Shown here piece by piece: positions 28,085-36,370 of a DNA stretch of 40,299 nucleotides. A model generated the notes under the pieces. The model saw only the letters and a program-made list of their open reading frames with translations. It had not been told where the DNA came from and made no database searches. The stretch comes from Thermostichus sp. DRC_bins_24. GTDB lineage: Bacteria; Cyanobacteriota; Cyanobacteriia; Thermostichales; Thermostichaceae. A program made the translations under genes and the position numbers. Each line of letters opens with the position of its first letter. The first letter of the stretch is position 1. The stretch spans positions 1 through 40,299 of the forward strand of contig JAUQVK010000073.1 in assembly GCA_039794845.1 (NCBI GenBank), read 5' to 3'.

Positions 28085-29752
28085 TCAAGAAGGCTTGGGT
28101 TTTTCGATGTGCCCTGATCTTTGGGTAACATCCTCCTGCAGGATTTGCAGTGCTCGGGGCAAATGCTCTGCTAGCCGCGCTGGATCCACGCCCGTGAGCC
28201 CGCGTGTTTCCACCAACTGCAAGGCCGCCTGAGCATGCCACCACACCCCGGCACAGGCACAACTGAGCAGAATCGACTCATTGATGGGGGATCCCTGTCC
28301 ACCCCATCGAGCCAACAAGCCCCCGATCAAGCCCGTCAACACATCCCCACTGCCCCCCCGAGCCAAAGCGGGTGTGCTATTGGGGTTGATCCAACAGGTT
28401 CCATTGGCAGCCGCAATCACGGTCCGGGATCCCTTGAGCACCACCACTGCCCCACTCTGGGCCGCTGCCCTTTGGGTGGCCTCGATGCGATCTTCTAGGG
28501 GGATCTCCGGGAACAACCGTCGAAATTCCCCAAGATGCGGGGTGAGAATGGCCCGGATCCCTTTTTTTTGTAGGTGCTCTACCCCCATCTGAGCGAGGGC
28601 GTTGAGGCCATCCGCATCCAGTACCCAAGGGATCTGCAGCGGCCAGGATCTGCCCTGTTCTGGCCCGTCCATGAGCAGTTCTTTCAGCAGAGGTAGAGCC
28701 TGTTCTCCCAGACCTGGCCCAATGGCGATAGCTTGATATCGGTTCTCCCCCAAGCCCTGTAAAACTGGAACCCCGCCAGGAGCTTCTGGTGCAAAAGGAT
28801 AAACCAACACTTCCGGCAAAGCAGCGTGGATCAGGGGTTTCAACTGCGTGGGTACTGCCATGGTTACCATGCCTGCCCCACTGGCTCGGGATCCCAACCC
28901 CGCCAACACCGCCGCTCCAGCATAGGTTGCTGAACCTGCCCCGATCAGCAGGGATCCCTGGCGATATTTATGGGTATCCGGCAGAGGATCTGGCGGGAAG
29001 TGCTGCCAAGGCCGGATCAACAGTTGGGGGATGGTGGGAGATTCCTCTTGATGGGACTTCGACTCATCCAGTAAACCTAAGGCCCAATCGGGGATCCCAA
29101 ACTCAATGCGATGCAACTGCCCCACCCAAGGCAAAGCCGACTCCTGCCACAACCCGCGCTTCCAGAGGCCCAGAGCGTAGGTACGTGTCGCCCGTATGCA
29201 GCAGCCCCAGATCTGCCCCGTTTGATCGTTGAGACCCGAAGGCAAATCAAGGCTGAGGATGGGGATCCCGCTTGAGTTGGCCCACCCCACCGCTCCCACC
29301 CAGGGATCCGTCAACTGCCGGTTCAACCCAATTCCAAAGAGAGCATCGATGAGCAAGTCACAGTCGGCCAGCATTTCGATATGGGTGACGAACTCAGCTC
29401 CGAGTGCCTTGAGGTAGCGGGCATGGTCCGCCGTCAGCGGCTTGAGATCCGGCCTGCCTAGCCAGACCTTGACCCTTTTTTGGGCCAGATACAGTTCCCG
29501 TCCCACCACCAACCCATCGCCGCCGTTGTGCCCTGTCCCGCACAGGATCCCAATCCGATGGGCTTGCGGAAAATCCTTCAGCAGTTGGGCAAAAATTGCC
29601 AGGGCTACTTTTTCCATGAGGGCAGCGACCGGCATACCCGCAGCGAAAATCTGCGCTTCGATCTGCTGCATCTGCTGCGAGCTGACCAAGCCAACAGCCG
29701 GGTCAACGCTCACCGGAGAAGCTTCTTGGGGAGGGGCAGGCAAGTCACTCAT
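28085..29752 (-). CDS. nnr: Bifunctional NAD(P)H-hydrate epimerase/dehydratase (YjeF)
   Basis: Epimerase motifs LME, CGTGHNGGDG, DALFGIG and DLPSG; dehydratase motifs THKY..G, IGPGLG, LDADGL, LTPHLGEF and LARGGSGDVLTG. Confidence 0.95.
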   Translation of the reverse strand: MSDLPAPPQEASPVSVDPAVGLVSSQQMQQIEAQIFAAGMPVAALMEKVALAIFAQLLKDFPQAHRIGILCGTGHNGGDGLVVGRELYLAQKRVKVWLGRPDLKPLTADHARYLKALGAEFVTHIEMLADCDLLIDALFGIGLNRQLTDPWVGAVGWANSSGIPILSLDLPSGLNDQTGQIWGCCIRATRTYALGLWKRGLWQESALPWVGQLHRIEFGIPDWALGLLDESKSHQEESPTIPQLLIRPWQHFPPDPLPDTHKYRQGSLLIGAGSATYAGAAVLAGLGSRASGAGMVTMAVPTQLKPLIHAALPEVLVYPFAPEAPGGVPVLQGLGENRYQAIAIGPGLGEQALPLLKELLMDGPEQGRSWPLQIPWVLDADGLNALAQMGVEHLQKKGIRAILTPHLGEFRRLFPEIPLEDRIEATQRAAAQSGAVVVLKGSRTVIAAANGTCWINPNSTPALARGGSGDVLTGLIGGLLARWGGQGSPINESILLSCACAGVWWHAQAALQLVETRGLTGVDPARLAEHLPRALQILQEDVTQRSGHIEKPKPS

Positions 29753-29823
29753 CGTTCTTCACGTTGGGGGTGAAGCCTCCTGACTTAGGGGCTGTTCTGT
29801 CACCCTAGCGGATCCTGCTCTGT

Positions 29824-30426
29824 CTAAAGCTCAATCCGAGCAAAGTCATTCCCCTGCCATTGATAAAGAGTGGCTCGCCCCTCCAGACTACCGGGCTGTC
29901 CGGTGCTGACCAAGATTCCTGCGCGACTGACTCGGATCCGAGCATTACTCAAGTCGGTTACACTCAACAACGGCACGAACCCCGGCCTGGCTCCTTGATA
30001 TTCCAGAACCAGCAGCGAACGAAGCAGGCTAATCCCTCCCCGTTCTGTCAGTAGCACTAATTGGGGACGGGCACGAGAGGTAAGGTCGGTTCGGAGCTGG
30101 GCCTCCACCACCCGCCCTGGAATTGGCTCTGCCGTATTGAGCAGTTGAAAATCAAAGCCGCCCTGATGGGCGAAGGTCAGGATTCGTACCACGGGTTCGA
30201 CGGTGGCTTGTCGCTGTAGCTCAAACACCGCCACCACATCCGTTCGTCCATCGGCGGTGACATCTTGGGGGAACAGGCGCAGATTTTTCCCCTGACTTTC
30301 CTGAATGAAGTCCCACCAGATGGACTGATTAAACAAAGGGATCACATTCTCGGCCAGCGCAGGCAAGCAGATCAGCCCTACGAGCAATAAGCCCAAGCTC
30401 CCTCCCCCACCAATCCTAGTCCTCAT
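29824..30426 (-). CDS. Secreted hypothetical protein
   Basis: Signal peptide ending ALA; DVTADGRTDVV FG-GAP-like loop; C-terminal YQWQG..F. Lies 29 bp downstream of the deacetylase gene on the same strand (a GTG start at 30441 is also possible). Confidence 0.7.
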   Translation of the reverse strand: MRTRIGGGGSLGLLLVGLICLPALAENVIPLFNQSIWWDFIQESQGKNLRLFPQDVTADGRTDVVAVFELQRQATVEPVVRILTFAHQGGFDFQLLNTAEPIPGRVVEAQLRTDLTSRARPQLVLLTERGGISLLRSLLVLEYQGARPGFVPLLSVTDLSNARIRVSRAGILVSTGQPGSLEGRATLYQWQGNDFARIEL

Positions 30427-30455
30427 GTTTCTGCTGCTCACGCCTCATCGTTATT

Positions 30456-31532
30456 CTAGATGGGCAAGGGCTGAAATTGATACCCAGCTTCCCTTATCAA
30501 ATGCACGATCTCTGGCAGGGCCTCTGCCGTATAGGGCCAGCGATCATGCAGCAAAATGATCAAAGGCTGATCAGATCCACTGAACTTCTGCAATTGAGCT
30601 TGGATCCGTTTCACCAACTGTTCAGAGGTCTGGTTGGCGTAGGCGTCCTCAGCGCTCATATTCCAGTAGATCACTCGATAGCCTGCCTGAGCTAACGAAA
30701 GCCGGAGAGCCTCACTTAAAGGGAACCCACCCGGTGGACGAACAATTGGCCCCGGTCGCAAACCCAATTGCTGAAAGCGAGCCTGAGTTTGGGCAACCTC
30801 GCTGAAGAAAAATTCATCGCTGCTGTACAGCCGATGATAATCGTGAGTGTAGGTATGGTTGGCAATCTGAAAAGAATGAGCAGCTATGGCCTCCGCCAGC
30901 TGCGGGTAGGCATCTACGTGAGCACCAATCAAAAAAAAAGTAGCAGGGATATCCAATTCTTCTAAAGCTGCCAAAATGGCTGGAGTTGAACCAGGCCAAG
31001 GCCCATCATCAATGGTTAAGTAGGCTGAACGTTTGGGCAATTCGACAAGGGGAGCTAAAACCTCCTGGCTGGGCACCTGCAACACCAAATTTTCCAGCGG
31101 ATCCAAGCGACTAGGATCAGGAGATTGCCAGTCATGTTGGAGAAACACCTCCACGTGGACTGGAGATGGCGTGAGGAGCAACCGACCAGACTTGGCATCC
31201 ATATTGCCGAGAGTGACCCGTGGATACAGTTCCGGGCTGAGAGTCACTTGCGTTTGCTCCGTAATCAACCCAAAGGGAATATCGATCAAATAATGTCCTG
31301 GCAACCGATGCTCCTGAACCCAAGCCACAGAGGGAGCCTGCAAATAAACCACTACATCTTGGGGGCCAGCCCCCGGCTCTACCCGCACACTCGTAACCGT
31401 CTGTACAGGAGAAAAAAGAGAGGTGGTTGTAAGGGACAACTCAAAAAGAGGGCTAGCGTGGGCTGCATAATAATAAAAAACCCCCACCAGGGCTGCACAA
31501 AGGCAACCGATCAATACTTGGATCCGAGCCAT
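30456..31532 (-). CDS. Polysaccharide deacetylase (NodB/CE4 family), N-terminally anchored
   Basis: CE4 motifs YLTIDDGP, ATFF, NHTYTH, RPPGG and ILLHD; N-terminal TM/signal and an AMIN-like beta region. Confidence 0.9.
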   Translation of the reverse strand: MARIQVLIGCLCAALVGVFYYYAAHASPLFELSLTTTSLFSPVQTVTSVRVEPGAGPQDVVVYLQAPSVAWVQEHRLPGHYLIDIPFGLITEQTQVTLSPELYPRVTLGNMDAKSGRLLLTPSPVHVEVFLQHDWQSPDPSRLDPLENLVLQVPSQEVLAPLVELPKRSAYLTIDDGPWPGSTPAILAALEELDIPATFFLIGAHVDAYPQLAEAIAAHSFQIANHTYTHDYHRLYSSDEFFFSEVAQTQARFQQLGLRPGPIVRPPGGFPLSEALRLSLAQAGYRVIYWNMSAEDAYANQTSEQLVKRIQAQLQKFSGSDQPLIILLHDRWPYTAEALPEIVHLIREAGYQFQPLPI

Positions 31533-31860
31533 AGAGAGATAGATTTAAGATTTTGCAATAATCATAAGGGAGAACGCCGATCTCTGAGCTAAAGAAAAGG
31601 GATCAATTTTCACCCTATAGCTTCAGCACTCATTTTCCCCAACATTTGCGGAAGACAAGCCGATACATTTGCTGCCTAGGGCACCTCCGTGCACAGCCAT
31701 TGCCACCCGATTTCAGCCCTCCTAAGGACTATAGATGGCTTTAGGGGATCCTGAGTAGTCCCACAGTTGTTGTGCTGACCCAAACCAATGGGCTGCCTCC
31801 AAGCTTCTTTTCTCCCACGGGTCTCGACCGGCTTAGCCAAATCTTGTGGTGAATCAGAGT

Positions 31861-32331
31861 TTAGGTATTGACGGAGCTTAGCTCTTTCGCGTCAGCGGAG
31901 CTTAGCTCTTTCGCGTCAGCGGAGCTTAGCTCTTTCGCGTCAGCGGAGCTTAGCTCTTTCGCGTCAGCGGAGCTTAGCTCTATCACATTCCCGTCTGGAT
32001 CCCGTACAAACAAGGCCGCCCGTCCAGAAGCACTCATTTGTACTTCGTATCCCGATTGCACAAGGCGAGTTCTCACCCCATCCAGATTGTCCACCCCCAA
32101 AGCCAAATGCGGATTACGCCCCCACTTCGAAGCCCTATGGCCCTGGTCTATGGGATTCTCCACAACAATCAGATGAATCTGAGAGGAACCCACCTGGTAC
32201 CAAGCCCCTGGAAAGCCGAAAGGGAAACGCTCCACTTTCGGGATCCCGAGCACCGTTCCGTAAAAATGCTCTGCTCTGGCCAAATCCGTAACCCAAAGGG
32301 CGGTGTGCAGATGGCAATAGGTTAACTGCAT
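31861..32331 (-). CDS. VOC/glyoxalase family protein with repeat-extended C-terminus
   Basis: HTALWV.DL..AEHFY..VLG, QIHLI, HLAL and FVRDPDGNVIEL motifs; tail of (ELSSADAK)x4. Confidence 0.9.
   Translation of the reverse strand: MQLTYCHLHTALWVTDLARAEHFYGTVLGIPKVERFPFGFPGAWYQVGSSQIHLIVVENPIDQGHRASKWGRNPHLALGVDNLDGVRTRLVQSGYEVQMSASGRAALFVRDPDGNVIELSSADAKELSSADAKELSSADAKELSSADAKELSSVNT
31872..31981. repeat. Perfect 24-bp tandem repeat, 4 full copies plus 14 bp (CGGAGCTTAGCTCTTTCGCGTCAG)
   Basis: Units start at 31872, 31896, 31920, 31944 and 31968 (partial); no spacers. Confidence 0.97.
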
Positions 32332-32451
32332 CTCTTCTCTGCGTCTATTGTCGTCTATTGGTTCGAGACTCTTCCCCAGGGATTCTGATTCCCCTTCTAT
32401 CATCTTGGCAGAACCGTCTTGACAGCAATTTGACGTTAAAAAGATAGTTTC

Positions 32452-32465
32452 GTAAAAATGGATAC
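32452..32465. promoter_or_regulatory. NtcA-binding site (GTA-N8-TAC)
   Basis: GTAAAAATGGATAC is a perfect consensus match, 100 nt upstream of the DUF4278-PirA-like ORF. It lies just downstream of TTGACA (32419) and TTGACG (32430), so it would overlap the -10/+1 region. Confidence 0.65.
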
Positions 32466-32565
32466 AGAATTGTCTTAAGTTTTACCCTTCTAACCATTTT
32501 GGTGGTCTGCAGAAGGGATCCTTATTTAAGCCCTCGTCAATGTCCTTTTTCGTTGGAGTCGTCTT

Positions 32566-32967
32566 ATGCAACTGACCTATCGGGGTATCGCCTGCGAGTT
32601 TGTTCCCTCCTCTGCCACCCTTCAGGAACGGGTTGTCACCTGTCAATACCGGGGGCTGGCGTGGAACTGGCAATCTCAGTCGGCGATCGCAGCGCAGCCA
32701 GAAGCCTTTGTCCTCACCTACCGAGGCATTGCCCGCGACCCCGCTACGATTGCGGCACCAGGGATCCCTGTGCATCAGACTCAGGCACACCCAGTAGCGG
32801 TCCCGGTGGGCGTCAGCTCCTCTGGGAAACACTTTATGGCCATGCTGGAGGAAACCCATCGGCAAAACCTGATGCACCGGCTGCAGGAGCGAATCCGTTC
32901 CGCCCAAGCCCGTGGCGATGAGCATTTGCTACAGCAACTGGAACACGAACGGCAATTGTTGACCTAG
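32566..32967 (+). CDS. pirA: DUF4278-repeat protein with C-terminal PirA-like (PII-interacting) domain
   Basis: Three YRG motifs (LTYRGI, CQYRGL, LTYRGI) typical of DUF4278. The C-terminal ETHRQNLMHRLQERIRSAQARGDEHLLQQLEHE matches the PirA pattern HR.N....L..R...A...GD..L..QLE.E as I recall it. Confidence 0.75.
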   Translation: MQLTYRGIACEFVPSSATLQERVVTCQYRGLAWNWQSQSAIAAQPEAFVLTYRGIARDPATIAAPGIPVHQTQAHPVAVPVGVSSSGKHFMAMLEETHRQNLMHRLQERIRSAQARGDEHLLQQLEHERQLLT

Positions 32968-32994
32968 TTGACCTAACTGGCAAGAGGCCCTAAC

Positions 32995-33030
32995 CGACCT
33001 TCGAGATCTCAGATAATGAGGTCTTGGTCG
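32995..33030 (+). terminator. Stem-loop downstream of the pirA-like gene
   Basis: CGACC-ttc-GAGATCTCA-gataa-TGAGGTCTT-GGTCG forms a bulged hairpin with G-U pairs on the + strand; no U-tract. Confidence 0.35.
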
Positions 33031-33101
33031 CTGCGGATTCGTAGGGAAATCCCAGCACTTTGGGTATCGTTGAGACCGTGGGTCGTAGGCCAGAGGGCAA
33101 G

Positions 33102-34745
33102 ATGAGGGAGGAGTCTGCTATTCAAGAAAAAGCCCCTGCCAGCTCTCCCCCGTCTCGTTCCTTGCTCTCAGTGGCGGGCTTGGTGGCTGGAGCCACCTTG
33201 CTCAGTAAAGGCATGGGGTTTATTCGACAGGCTCTGATCGCGGCGGTCTACGGTTCGGGGCCGGAATACAGCGCCTTTGGGGTGGCCTACATTCTGCCGG
33301 GCTTCCTGTTGATTTTGCTGGGGGGGATCAACGGCCCTTTCCACAGCGCCATCGTCAGCATCCTGAAAAAACGGCGGGATCCTGACCTGGACGACCCCGC
33401 CCGCTGGTTGGAATCCATCTCCACGTTGGTGGGGGGTGTGCTCTTGCTGGTTACCCTGAGCTTGTGGTGGGGAGCAGAATGGGTGGTACGGCTGAATGCG
33501 CCGGGAGCTAGCCCAGAGGTTCACGCCTTGGCCGCCTCACAACTGCGCATCATGGCCCCCTTAGCCTTGCTTTCGGGGTTGATCGGCATCGGATTTGGAG
33601 CTTTGAATGCCGCCGAACATTATGCCTTGCCCGCCCTCAGTCCGCTGATCTCCAGCCTGGCTGTCATCGCAATTTTGTTGGCTTTCGGGTGGACGGGGAT
33701 CCCATCGTTGATCGCTTGGGGCATCCTAATCGGGGCGGTCGCCCAGTGGCTGGCCCAAGTGCCCCTGCAAATGCGGCTGGGGTTGGGCAGACCGCGCTTG
33801 CGGTTCGAGTGGGGATCCCCGCAGGTACGGGCGGTGGGCTTGTTGATGCTTCCGGCTGTGATCTCCTCCGGGATGATCCACATCAACGTTTATGTGGATA
33901 TGTTTTTTGCCTCCTTCGTGCCGGGGGATCGCACCATTGGCAACCTAGGGTACGCCCAGCTTTTGGTGCAAACCCCGCTTGGGATCCTCTCCAATATGGT
34001 GTTGGTGCCCTTTATGCCCCTCTACGCCCAGTTGGCGGGGGATGTGGCCCACTGGCCGGAACTGCGCCAGCGCATCCGACAGGGCCTGATGATCACGGCA
34101 ATTTTGACCCTGCCCTTGTCAATGCTGCTGGTGGCTCTGGCGGAACCCATCGTGCAGGTGGCCTATCAACGGGGGCGGTTCACTGCGGAAGTAACCCAGG
34201 AGGTCTCGGCTCTGCTCATGGCCTATGGCCTTGGCATGAGCTGCTATCTGCTGCGGGATGTACTGGTGCGGATTTTCTACGCCCTGGAAGACGGCGCCAC
34301 CCCCCTGCGCATCAGCGGCCTCGCCATTGGCCTGAACGCGCTGCTGGACTTCCTCTTCCTCAGGGCTTTTGGGGCACCGGGCATTGCCTTGGCCACTGCC
34401 GGTGTCAATGTTTTGGCGTTGATCGGGTTGGGGATCCAGTTGCAGAGGCGCCTGGGGGGGATCCCTTGGCTGGAGATGGGCCGCAGCCTGCTCCCCCTGC
34501 TAGGGGTTACCACCTTGGCCGGGGGCCTGAGCGCCTGGTTCTGGACGCGGTTGCGCAGCCTCGAAGTGCTCGGATCCCCGCTCCTGACGACCCTCCTCTG
34601 GGCAGGGTTGGCGGCTGGGTTGGGGTTGGGGCTGTTTACAGCGGGGACACTGTATTTGCGGATCCCGGAAATGGACTGGGTGGTGGCCCAAATTCGGGAT
34701 CGCCTGGGTCGTCTTGCAGGCAAGCTGTGTCAGAACCGGAACTAG
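33102..34745 (+). CDS. murJ: Lipid II flippase MurJ (MviN)
   Basis: ATLLSK..GFIRQ..IAA.YG, GGINGPFHSA, QRGRF and RDVLVRIFYAL.D..TP motifs; many TM helices. Confidence 0.96.
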   Translation: MREESAIQEKAPASSPPSRSLLSVAGLVAGATLLSKGMGFIRQALIAAVYGSGPEYSAFGVAYILPGFLLILLGGINGPFHSAIVSILKKRRDPDLDDPARWLESISTLVGGVLLLVTLSLWWGAEWVVRLNAPGASPEVHALAASQLRIMAPLALLSGLIGIGFGALNAAEHYALPALSPLISSLAVIAILLAFGWTGIPSLIAWGILIGAVAQWLAQVPLQMRLGLGRPRLRFEWGSPQVRAVGLLMLPAVISSGMIHINVYVDMFFASFVPGDRTIGNLGYAQLLVQTPLGILSNMVLVPFMPLYAQLAGDVAHWPELRQRIRQGLMITAILTLPLSMLLVALAEPIVQVAYQRGRFTAEVTQEVSALLMAYGLGMSCYLLRDVLVRIFYALEDGATPLRISGLAIGLNALLDFLFLRAFGAPGIALATAGVNVLALIGLGIQLQRRLGGIPWLEMGRSLLPLLGVTTLAGGLSAWFWTRLRSLEVLGSPLLTTLLWAGLAAGLGLGLFTAGTLYLRIPEMDWVVAQIRDRLGRLAGKLCQNRN

Positions 34746-35848
34746 CCCATCACCTCCAGGTAATCCCGCACCCGATTGCGCCGCTTCGGCTGCCGGAGCT
34801 TTTGCAGGGCCTTGGCCTCGATTTGCCGCACCCGTTCCCGCGACAGATCCAAGGCACGTCCAATCTCCGCCAGCGAGTAGGTACGTCCATCCCCCAAGCC
34901 AAAGCGCATGCGGATCACGTCCCGCTCACGGGAGGTCAGATCCGAGAGCAAGTGCTGCAGATCCCGATGCAGCGCCTCCCGCATCATGGTTTCTTCCGGC
35001 GAAATATCGTCGGTTTCCAGCAGATCCCCCAGTTCGGTGTCTTTGTCCTTGCCCACCTTGGTTTCAAGGGAGACGGAGCGAGGCACCCGCACCAACAGTT
35101 CCCGCACCTGGGGTGGCGTCATCTCCAATTCGGAGGCAATGTCTTCGATGGTGGGGGTACGGCCCTTTTCCTGGGAGATTTTACGCTGAGCTTTCTTGAT
35201 TTTGTTCAGCTTCTCGGTGATGTGGACGGGCAAGCGAATGGTGCGGCTCTGGGTGGCGATGGCACGGGTAATGCCCTGCCGGATCCACCAGTAGGCATAG
35301 GTGCTGAAGCGGTAGCCTTTTTTGGGGTCGAACTTCTCAACGGCCCGCTCCAGACCAAGGGTACCCTCCTGAATCAAATCCAGCAGTTCTAGACCGCGGT
35401 TTTGGTATTTTTTGGCCACCGATACCACCAGGCGCAGGTTGGCCTTGATCATGTGCTCCTTGGCACGGTTCCCAATCCGCTGTACCTGCTGCAACTTCTC
35501 GGGGGTGAGGTGCTGCCATTCGGGGTATTGGCTGGCCTTGGCGGCCCACTCGACAGGGGAGGGATCCCGTCCCAACTCCTTCTGGAGGCGCAGCCGCAAA
35601 TCCAAGAGCTTCATGTAGTCCTGGACCTTCTGGGCCAAAGCAACCTCTTCGTCTCGCCCCAACAGTGGAACGCGACCGATCTCCTGCAAGTAGAGGCGCA
35701 CAAGGTCGGTGGAGCGGCGGGTGGGCTCCTCCTCAAGGAAATCGCTGTCGGCCAAATCCACCTCCACCCCCTCGACCGGATCGAGGAGATCGGTGGGGCC
35801 ATCGGCCATCGATAAAACGTCGTTGAGATCGGGTTCGTAGTTAGACAT
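34742..35848 (-). CDS. sigC: Group 2 sigma-70 factor, SigC type
   Basis: RRSTDLVRLYLQEIGRV.LLGRDEEV, ANLRLVVSVAKKY, GYRFSTYAYWWIRQ and KALQKLRQPKRRN..RDYLE, the SigC-like signature. Confidence 0.88.
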   Translation of the reverse strand: MSNYEPDLNDVLSMADGPTDLLDPVEGVEVDLADSDFLEEEPTRRSTDLVRLYLQEIGRVPLLGRDEEVALAQKVQDYMKLLDLRLRLQKELGRDPSPVEWAAKASQYPEWQHLTPEKLQQVQRIGNRAKEHMIKANLRLVVSVAKKYQNRGLELLDLIQEGTLGLERAVEKFDPKKGYRFSTYAYWWIRQGITRAIATQSRTIRLPVHITEKLNKIKKAQRKISQEKGRTPTIEDIASELEMTPPQVRELLVRVPRSVSLETKVGKDKDTELGDLLETDDISPEETMMREALHRDLQHLLSDLTSRERDVIRMRFGLGDGRTYSLAEIGRALDLSRERVRQIEAKALQKLRQPKRRNRVRDYLEVMG

Positions 35849-36096
35849 GTAAGGTAGGGCTGAAACAGCGACAGAGGCAGGTGGGTAAGCAGGCAGAAAG
35901 GGCAATAATGGCAGTACAGAGCCGGTTGAGTTTAAGGTTCCCCAACAGCGGTGGCCTCGCGCTATCATCATCCAAGCGGATGGAGTACCACCCTCTTCAG
36001 CAACCTGCCTTCATACCTTTGTCCCCTGGAGAGAGGCTGAAGCGGCAGTAGAGGGCTCATAAGATAGGTAGAGCGTAAGCCTCTTATCATAACTTA

Positions 36097-36102
36097 ATTA
36101 TA
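36097..36102 (-). promoter_or_regulatory. Candidate -10 element for sigC
   Basis: Perfect TATAAT on the minus strand in the main AT-rich patch of the intergenic region, ~250 nt upstream of the sigC ATG. No -35 element seen. Confidence 0.3.
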
Positions 36103-36370
36103 GTTGCACTTCTCGACTCAGACGCATGAGATCCAACGTAGGATCCCCCCAGTTCAACCGCCACAGCCGCTGCTGAAAAGCGTATTGCCCTGAGGGCAAC
36201 TTTTGCTAGGGCAAGCGTTCAAGGAAATGAGCCGGGCAATGGGTTTTCGGGGAGCGAAAGTCGGGCAATTCTCAGGGTCTGAACCGTTCGAATACTGTGT
36301 AAGCATTCATGCATGTAAGCCATTCAACTGAACCGTTCCTGTCCAAACACCCCGAAAGGGATCCGCATCC

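Noticed and set aside
31570..31720. Possible c-di-AMP (ydaO) riboswitch upstream of the deacetylase (minus strand GCTGAA..CGGAGG..TGGGG..TAGGG..CCC..AGCT..GGCGT)
   Set aside because: The short motifs are in the right order, but the conserved 3' CCG.CAGCTAAC.YCG segment and its pairing with CGGAGG are missing. A cmscan hit would be needed.
31872..31981. 24-bp repeats with an internal palindrome as a CRISPR array
   Set aside because: The units are directly adjacent with no spacers, lie in frame within a CDS, and no cas genes are present.
32466..32565. Glutamine riboswitch in the DUF4278 leader
   Set aside because: The expected CGTT...GGAAG...GAAG.AACG core is not present.
32317..32580. Divergent VOC and DUF4278 genes both begin MQLTY
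   Set aside because: Each start fits its own family's usual N-terminus, the codons differ, and the similarity ends after five residues. Most likely coincidence.
33689..35392. 567-aa alternative-frame ORF over murJ and antisense to sigC
   Set aside because: A shadow ORF of two well-supported genes in GC-rich DNA with no recognisable motifs. The same applies to most other overlapping ORFs in the track.
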